Shown here one piece after another: positions 58,779-64,000 of a stretch of 64,000 nucleotides of DNA. A program made the translations under genes and the position numbers. The DNA is from Candidatus Latescibacterota bacterium. GTDB lineage: Bacteria > Latescibacterota > UBA2968 > UBA8231. The notes beneath the pieces are model-generated. The model searched no databases and was not told the origin of the DNA. It worked only from the letters and a program-made list of their open reading frames with translations. Positions within the stretch are counted from its first letter, which is position 1. Each line of letters opens with the position of its first letter. The stretch is from the NCBI GenBank assembly GCA_965219385.1, contig CBDCNM010000002.1:1606936-1670935 (forward strand), given 5' to 3'.

Positions 58779-60175
58779 GGTTTTTCCACCATTTTAAAAA
58801 CCCCCATCTGCGATGGTGAACCCACCTGCGGGTCTTCGGGACCGATGGGCAGGAAGTGGACCTGGTAGGCAAAGCGGACGGCAATGCCGCGGGCCCACTC
58901 CTGGAACTGGCCCCGGGTCCACTCGAAGCGATGGTCCTGGTGGCGGAAACGACCGGCCGGCAGGGATGCCCAGCGCGAGTTGTACTCGGCGTTGGGGGTG
59001 GTGATGACCACGGTTTGGGGTCGGGCGAACTCGAAGAGAACCCGTTCGCAGGCCGCCAGCCGGGGCGGGTCCAGGTGTTCGATCACCTCCATGGCGACGG
59101 CGGCCTCGTACCCGGAGAGCCGGGGATCGCGGTAGAGCAGGGATCCGTGCAGCAACTGGATGCGGTTTCGTTGTATGGAAGGCAGGCGCTCGAGCTGCAG
59201 GCGGCGAGCCGCCGTCTCGAGGACGCGGTGCGAGACATCCATGCCCAGTATTTCTTCGAACTGAGGTCTTTGCAGCAGGCCCTGCAGGAGACGGCCCGGG
59301 CCGCAGCCCAGGTCGAGGACGCGCCGGGCACCGCTGTCCTCGAGCACCGACAACACCCCGGCCAGGCGCTGCTGGTTCAGACTCACCTCCGCTTCGATGT
59401 CTTCTTCCTTGGCGTCGTGCCGAATCATCAATTGGTCCGGCTCCGGAGTATCCTCCCCCAGCAGGCGGGAGAGGGCCTCCTGCTTCAGGCTTTGCTGGTG
59501 TTTTAGATAGCGTTCGGTGATCAGGTCGCGCTGCGGGTGAGAGGCCAGCCAGCCCTGGCCGTGGCGCATCAGCTTGTCGATTTCCTCTTGGTCCACAAAG
59601 TAGTGCTTCTCGCCGTCCAGAACGGGCACCAGCACATAGAGGTGGTTGAGCAGGTCTTTGAGCGGCACAGTGGCGTCGAGCGCAAAGGTGTGGTAAGGGC
59701 TCTGGCCCCACTCCGGGAAGGTCGAGTCGAGGGGATGTTGCCGGGCCAGGAGTTGATAGCCGAGGGGCTCGAACAAGGCCCTGAGGAATTGCTCGCCGTC
59801 CTGGCAGGGCAATACGCTGATCCCGGCCTCGAGCGGCACAGGGGTCTGTGCCAGTTCGGGGCGCTCCTTGCACCGGCCTGCCAGAGCCGAACCGTAGACC
59901 CGCGCCAGGGCCACGCTGAGAAAGGACGAGGCCACATAGGGCCGGTCGTTGACGTACTGGCCCAGGGCAAAGTCCGGGGTCCCGCCGCGGATCAGCCCGA
60001 CGGGATCGATGTCCAGCAACAGGGCGGCGGTGCAACGCTGGATGGTGGCTTCCGGGTAGAACACATGCGCCCGGCCGAACTTCAGATCGAATGCCTGGGT
60101 GCGCTGCGGATGCTTGTGCAGCAGATAGCCCAGATCGGTCGCCGGCTGGTGGGTGGTGGTGATGGTCAGAAGCAT
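58775..60175 (-). CDS. hen1: 3'-terminal RNA 2'-O-methyltransferase Hen1
   Basis: ATDLGYLLHKHP, YVNDRPYVASS, DLGCG, EVIEH, TTPN.EYN and FRH.DHRFEWTR. GTGA overlap with pnkp. Confidence 0.95.
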   Translation of the reverse strand: MLLTITTTHQPATDLGYLLHKHPQRTQAFDLKFGRAHVFYPEATIQRCTAALLLDIDPVGLIRGGTPDFALGQYVNDRPYVASSFLSVALARVYGSALAGRCKERPELAQTPVPLEAGISVLPCQDGEQFLRALFEPLGYQLLARQHPLDSTFPEWGQSPYHTFALDATVPLKDLLNHLYVLVPVLDGEKHYFVDQEEIDKLMRHGQGWLASHPQRDLITERYLKHQQSLKQEALSRLLGEDTPEPDQLMIRHDAKEEDIEAEVSLNQQRLAGVLSVLEDSGARRVLDLGCGPGRLLQGLLQRPQFEEILGMDVSHRVLETAARRLQLERLPSIQRNRIQLLHGSLLYRDPRLSGYEAAVAMEVIEHLDPPRLAACERVLFEFARPQTVVITTPNAEYNSRWASLPAGRFRHQDHRFEWTRGQFQEWARGIAVRFAYQVHFLPIGPEDPQVGSPSQMGVFKMVEKP

Positions 60176-60288
60176 GGTCTTGCTACCTCTTTCCCGGACG
60201 CGGTATAATAGATATTATCAGTACTTCACGAAATACCGCAAATATCTGGACCTCAAGGCCGGGAGGGGGTTTTGAGACGGCTTCTAAG

Positions 60289-61735
60289 CTCGATTTTATC
60301 CAAACGCGCATGGCAGGAGGCCGGTATCCTCCGTACTGTTGATGGTATCCAAGCATCGACAGCCCAGGAGAAACCGATGAGCCCCCTGCCGAAGGATATA
60401 ATAACGATTTTGTCGCCCTTTGCCCCCCTTTTTTCGAGCCGCGTTTGGCCGCAGGCTCAGACGCTGTTGGTCGGGGCGCTGTTAGCCCCGGGTAAACGCA
60501 CGGTCAGCGCCGTGTTGGAGGTGTTGGGCTTGAGCCAACAGCCTACCTTTCAAACCTACCACCGGATCCTCAACCGCTGTGTGTGGTCGCCCCTGGCCGG
60601 CAGTAAGCTACTCCTCCAGGCGTTGGTGGCCGCCTTTGCCCCCCACGGGCCCCTGGTCCTGGGCCTGGATGAGACCATCGAGCGGCGCCGGGGCGCCCAG
60701 ATTGGGGCCCGAGGCATCTACCGGGATCCCGTCCGCTCGAGTGGGCCCCACCTGGTCAAGGCTAGCGGCTTGCGCTGGCTGTCGTTGATGCTGGTAGCGC
60801 CTATCCCTTGGGCGGATCGAAGTTGGGCCTTACCCTTTATGAGTGTGCTGTGTCCGTCGGCCCGCTACTATACTCAGCGCCAGCGCACCCCCCTCACCCT
60901 GTTGCAACGGGGGCAGACTATGCTCAAGCTGGTAGCGCGCTGGCTGCCCACCCGCCGGCTGGTCGTGGTCGCCGATAGCACCTTCTCCGCCTTGGCCTTT
61001 CTCGACGCGGTTCGGCCCCACGTGGGGCTGATTACCCGCTTGCGGTTGGATGCGGCCCTGTATGACCCACCACCAACCCGCACGCCGCACACGCGGGGAC
61101 GCCCCCGCGGCAAAGGCGCCCGGCAGCCCACCCTCCAGCAGCACCTGAACGATCCGACTACCCCTTGGCACCCCCTCACCCTGGACCGGTGGTATGCCGC
61201 CGGCCCCTATACAGTGGAAACCTACAGCCAAACGGCGCTGTGGTATCACACTGGCTTGCCCGCCGTGCCCCTCCGCTGGCTGCTGATCCGAGACCCGGCC
61301 GGCCGCTTCGCGCCCCAAGCCTTGCTCTCGACCGATGTGCGTCTGTCCCCTCGGCAAATGCTGACCTATTTTCTCCAACGCTGGTCGGTAGAAACTACCT
61401 TTGAGGAAGCCCGCGCCCATCTGGGCATGGAAACCCAACGCCAATGGAATGAGCGGGCCATTGCCCGGACCACGCCGGTCATCTTGGCCTTGTTTAGTCT
61501 GGTCGCCCTCATCGCCAATCGGCTGGCCCCCAAAAGCGCCTCCCCCTGCCATGCCACGGCCTGGTATGGCAAACGAAAACCCACCTTTTCCGATGCCGTG
61601 GCCTGGGTCCGACAACGGCTCTGGCAGGCTTTTTCCAACCTGCCCAACCAACACGACCTGATAAAAATCCCTCGAAGCCTACTCAACCGCTTGATACACA
61701 CCGTCTCGTACGCTACATAAATGGATAAAGTCGAG
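60289..61735 (+). mobile_element. IS701-family insertion sequence, 1447 bp, apparently intact
   Basis: TIRs CTCGATTTTATCCA and TGGATAAAGTCGAG; TSD CTAAG at 60284-60288 and 61736-61740. Confidence 0.9.
60377..61720 (+). CDS. IS701-family DDE transposase
   Basis: LDETIERRRG, YRDPVRSS, WALPF, VADS, RW.VE.TFEE.R.HLG.ETQRQW and TFSDA. Confidence 0.9.
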   Translation: MSPLPKDIITILSPFAPLFSSRVWPQAQTLLVGALLAPGKRTVSAVLEVLGLSQQPTFQTYHRILNRCVWSPLAGSKLLLQALVAAFAPHGPLVLGLDETIERRRGAQIGARGIYRDPVRSSGPHLVKASGLRWLSLMLVAPIPWADRSWALPFMSVLCPSARYYTQRQRTPLTLLQRGQTMLKLVARWLPTRRLVVVADSTFSALAFLDAVRPHVGLITRLRLDAALYDPPPTRTPHTRGRPRGKGARQPTLQQHLNDPTTPWHPLTLDRWYAAGPYTVETYSQTALWYHTGLPAVPLRWLLIRDPAGRFAPQALLSTDVRLSPRQMLTYFLQRWSVETTFEEARAHLGMETQRQWNERAIARTTPVILALFSLVALIANRLAPKSASPCHATAWYGKRKPTFSDAVAWVRQRLWQAFSNLPNQHDLIKIPRSLLNRLIHTVSYAT

Positions 61736-61761
61736 CTAAGGAAAGACAGGAGAACCTTGCC

Positions 61762-62502
61762 TTGAAAAGCCAAGCGCACAAATTCTTCGACGAAAACGGC
61801 TATTACCTGGCGCGGGGCGTCTATTCGGCGCAGGAGATCGGTCGGCTCGAAGAGGAGTTCGACCGCATCGTGCACCAGATCAGGCAGAGCGGCGCGCCTT
61901 ATTCGGGCCCCAACGCGGCAGAGGACAACGGCATCATATCGACGACCAACGTCCAGAAATACTCGGCTCTTTGGCTGACGCAGGGGCTGCTGCACAAGGG
62001 GTTTCTCGACACCGCGGAACAGTTCATCGGGGCCGACATCGTCCTGCAGCGTTCGAGCCTCTACGAGAAGAGGAAATCGAACCTCGTCGGCCCCTTCCGC
62101 ATGCACCAGGACTGGATATACGGGCCGACGCGGAAGGACACCATGGTTTCGGGGATGATCCACCTCGGGAGGACCACGGCGCCGATGGGCGCCCTGCGCG
62201 TCTACCCGGGCACGCACCGCACGCGGATGGAGAATTCCAGGGCCGACGATGCCAGCGCCGCCTTCCACCAGCGGTTCCCGCTCGAACAGGCGACGGTGCT
62301 CGAGGCGGAGGCCGGCGACGTTCTCTTCTTCCACTATTGTCTCGTGCACGGTTCGATGTCCAACGAAACCGAAGAACCGAGGAAGGTGGTGCACGTGAGG
62401 ATGTTCTCCGGCCGGGACTGCCGGGAGAACGCGGGCCAGCCCATCGAAAACCTCGTGCTGCGCGGCTGGAATTTTCACGCCAACGCCTCCACTACGCGGT
62501 AA
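61762..62502 (+). CDS. PhyH-family Fe/2OG oxygenase; 5' region abuts the IS
   Basis: FFDENGY, MHQD, G.L.V.PG.H and GDVLFFH...VHGS..N...PR. Confidence 0.85.
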   Translation: MKSQAHKFFDENGYYLARGVYSAQEIGRLEEEFDRIVHQIRQSGAPYSGPNAAEDNGIISTTNVQKYSALWLTQGLLHKGFLDTAEQFIGADIVLQRSSLYEKRKSNLVGPFRMHQDWIYGPTRKDTMVSGMIHLGRTTAPMGALRVYPGTHRTRMENSRADDASAAFHQRFPLEQATVLEAEAGDVLFFHYCLVHGSMSNETEEPRKVVHVRMFSGRDCRENAGQPIENLVLRGWNFHANASTTR

Positions 62503-62554
62503 GAGACACAGGTAGACCAAGCGCGGCTATGGTCGTCCTCCTCCTTGCCGATCT

Positions 62555-63004
62555 TCACTTAGGGGGCAGTTCGACGATTTCGAACCAGTAATTGCCCAGA
62601 CCCTTCATCACCTCGATCAGAGATTCAAAACTCACGGGCTTGACCACGAATCCGTTTACGCCCAGATCGTAGGTGCGCAGGATATCCTCCTCGGCCTTTG
62701 AAGTGGTCAGCACCACGACCGGGATCCGCCGCAGATTGGGATCACTCTTGATCTCCGCCAGGGCCTCGCGCCCGTCTTTTTTGGGCATGTTCAGGTCCAG
62801 CAGAATCACGCTCGGATGGGGGGCCTGATCCATTCCGGCGTACGGGCCCTGGTGGCGCAAGAAATCCAGTAGCTCCTCGCCGTCTTTGGCGAAATGCAAG
62901 TCGTTGGCCAGGCGGGCCTCGTGGAGCGCATCCTCGATCAGCAGGCGGTCGTCGGCATCGTCGTCGGCCACCACGATCTTAATCGAAGTTCCTTTTTCTG
63001 GCAT
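62555..63004 (-). CDS. single-domain response regulator (Rcp1-like)
   Basis: ADDD, LLDLNMPKKDG, LTTS, KP and YWF..V.LP. Confidence 0.9.
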   Translation of the reverse strand: MPEKGTSIKIVVADDDADDRLLIEDALHEARLANDLHFAKDGEELLDFLRHQGPYAGMDQAPHPSVILLDLNMPKKDGREALAEIKSDPNLRRIPVVVLTTSKAEEDILRTYDLGVNGFVVKPVSFESLIEVMKGLGNYWFEIVELPPK

Positions 63005-63106
63005 GTTGGCTGTTCTTCTGTGAACTGTATTAATGGAATGGAGAGCATATGAACCTCGACTAGCAATTAGAAGCCTTCTTACGTAAAAGTATAAGAAGGA
63101 AGATAA

Positions 63107-63280
63107 GCCCGCGCTACAGGCTCACCGCTCATCCGCTGCGCCGCCGCAGGCACTTTGAACCGAACTCCAACCTTCCTGGGCGCCAAGCAAGGGGATCGTG
63201 CAGGTGCGGACCCAGGCCCACAAAACTTTCGGCTTCTACACCCTGCGAACGTCCTGCTGTTGACCTGGAGCGCCATGGGC
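63107..63280 (-). ncRNA. probable 6S-like RNA
   Basis: About 170-nt rod (GCGCUCCAGG/CCUGUAGCGC, CGCAGG/CCUGCG, GCCGAA/UUCGGU, CCUGGG/CCCAGG). GUUCGC...GGUUCAA...CCUGCGGCGGC resembles 6S; TATAAT at 63283-63288. Confidence 0.5.
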
Positions 63281-63367
63281 CTATTATATAAATGGGCCTT
63301 GGGGGCCGGGAATTCCGGCCTGGCTTTCGAAAAATTATTTGACTAGTCTCCAGAGAAAGGATGGAAG

Positions 63368-63661
63368 ATGGAACCCAGGATCAGCGTGCGGAGTGGCAAA
63401 ATTTCGGATAAAACCAAGGCACATATAAAGAAAGCCTGTGCCAAGCTAGGCCGTTTTTACGATCGAGTCATAGACTGCGAAGTGATTCTGGGAGAGCAAA
63501 AGCAGGGCAAAGAAGTCGAATTCATCCTCAAGGTGCCGCACCAGATCCTGACCGCTTCGAGTGTGGATGAAAACCTCTTCAAGGCCATTGACGAAGTCGA
63601 GAAGCGGGTGGAAGCCCAGTTGAAAAAATACCACGACAAGAAGGTCGAGCACCGCTCGTGA
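63368..63661 (+). CDS. raiA: ribosome hibernation factor HPF/RaiA (short form)
   Basis: KL.RFYD.V, L.A, and NLFKAIDEV..RVEAQLKKYHDK. Confidence 0.8.
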   Translation: MEPRISVRSGKISDKTKAHIKKACAKLGRFYDRVIDCEVILGEQKQGKEVEFILKVPHQILTASSVDENLFKAIDEVEKRVEAQLKKYHDKKVEHRS

Positions 63662-64000
63662 TCGTCGGAATTCTCAAGGAGACCTTTCCAGGAGAAAGGC
63701 GAGTCGCCCTCATTCCCGAGGTTTTGTCTGCCCTGACGGCCAAGGGTATTGAAATCCTGGTGGAGGCCGGGGCTGGGGAGGCCGCCGGGATCGCGGATCA
63801 GGGGTACCGGGATAAGGGTGCTCAAATCGCCGCCTCGCGCGGGGATGTGTTTTCCGCGGCGGGCGCCATCCTCCAGGTGCGCACCCTCGGCGCCAATCCA
63901 GAGGCCGGTCGCGCCGATCTGGAACTGCTGCGTCCTGGCCAGATCCTGGTCGGTTTTGCCGAACCATTCACCGCCCTGGAGGAGACGCGGGCAGTGGCCG
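63658..64000 (+). CDS. pntA: NAD(P) transhydrogenase subunit alpha, partial (runs off the window)
   Basis: GTG start overlapping the raiA stop; MIVGILKETFPGERRVALIP...VEAGAGEAAG..D..Y. Alanine dehydrogenase shares this N-terminus. Confidence 0.7.
   Translation, partial: MIVGILKETFPGERRVALIPEVLSALTAKGIEILVEAGAGEAAGIADQGYRDKGAQIAASRGDVFSAAGAILQVRTLGANPEAGRADLELLRPGQILVGFAEPFTALEETRAVA

Noticed and set aside
63107..63330. raiA-motif RNA upstream of raiA
   Set aside because: The structured strand is opposite to raiA and I could not match the raiA-motif conserved sequence; 6S-like features fit better.

Overview
GC-rich bacterial chromosomal window. The gene content suggests Ca. Latescibacterota or a related FCB-like lineage (inference from a DUF6785-type membrane protein, FlgD-Ig secreted proteins, a TAVE..SWG.IKA C-terminus and three PhyH dioxygenases). 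Layout: (1) 1-5900, tail of a glycan-modification cluster (AAC(3)-fold acyltransferase, ACP, FkbH, TylF-like methyltransferase, two glycosyltransferases). (2) 9.8-15.1 kb, two TTA/TAA-targeted MITEs and an integrase-less integron cassette array (4 attC-like sites, 3 cassettes: methyltransferase, higBA, relE-xre). (3) 15.3-27.1 kb, a minus-strand metabolic run. (4) 27.1-39.3 kb, a decayed defence island: type I R-M hsdR/M48, a DUF4062-ATPase, a TM+TIR Thoeris-like pair split by an ISKra4-like IS with an 8-bp TSD, a DUF1828 pair, IS5 and IS66 remnants, vapBC and a decayed GFA cassette. Many genes there have lost their middles by internal deletion. (5) 39.1-49.1 kb, a 9.8-kb cell-surface block bounded by 170-bp direct repeats of an MFS gene. 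(6) Sortilin-like hydrolase and catabolic genes, an intact Pnkp-Hen1 RNA repair operon, an intact IS701-family element, a probable 6S-like RNA, hpf/raiA and the start of pntA. All family assignments come from motif recognition by eye, not database searches.
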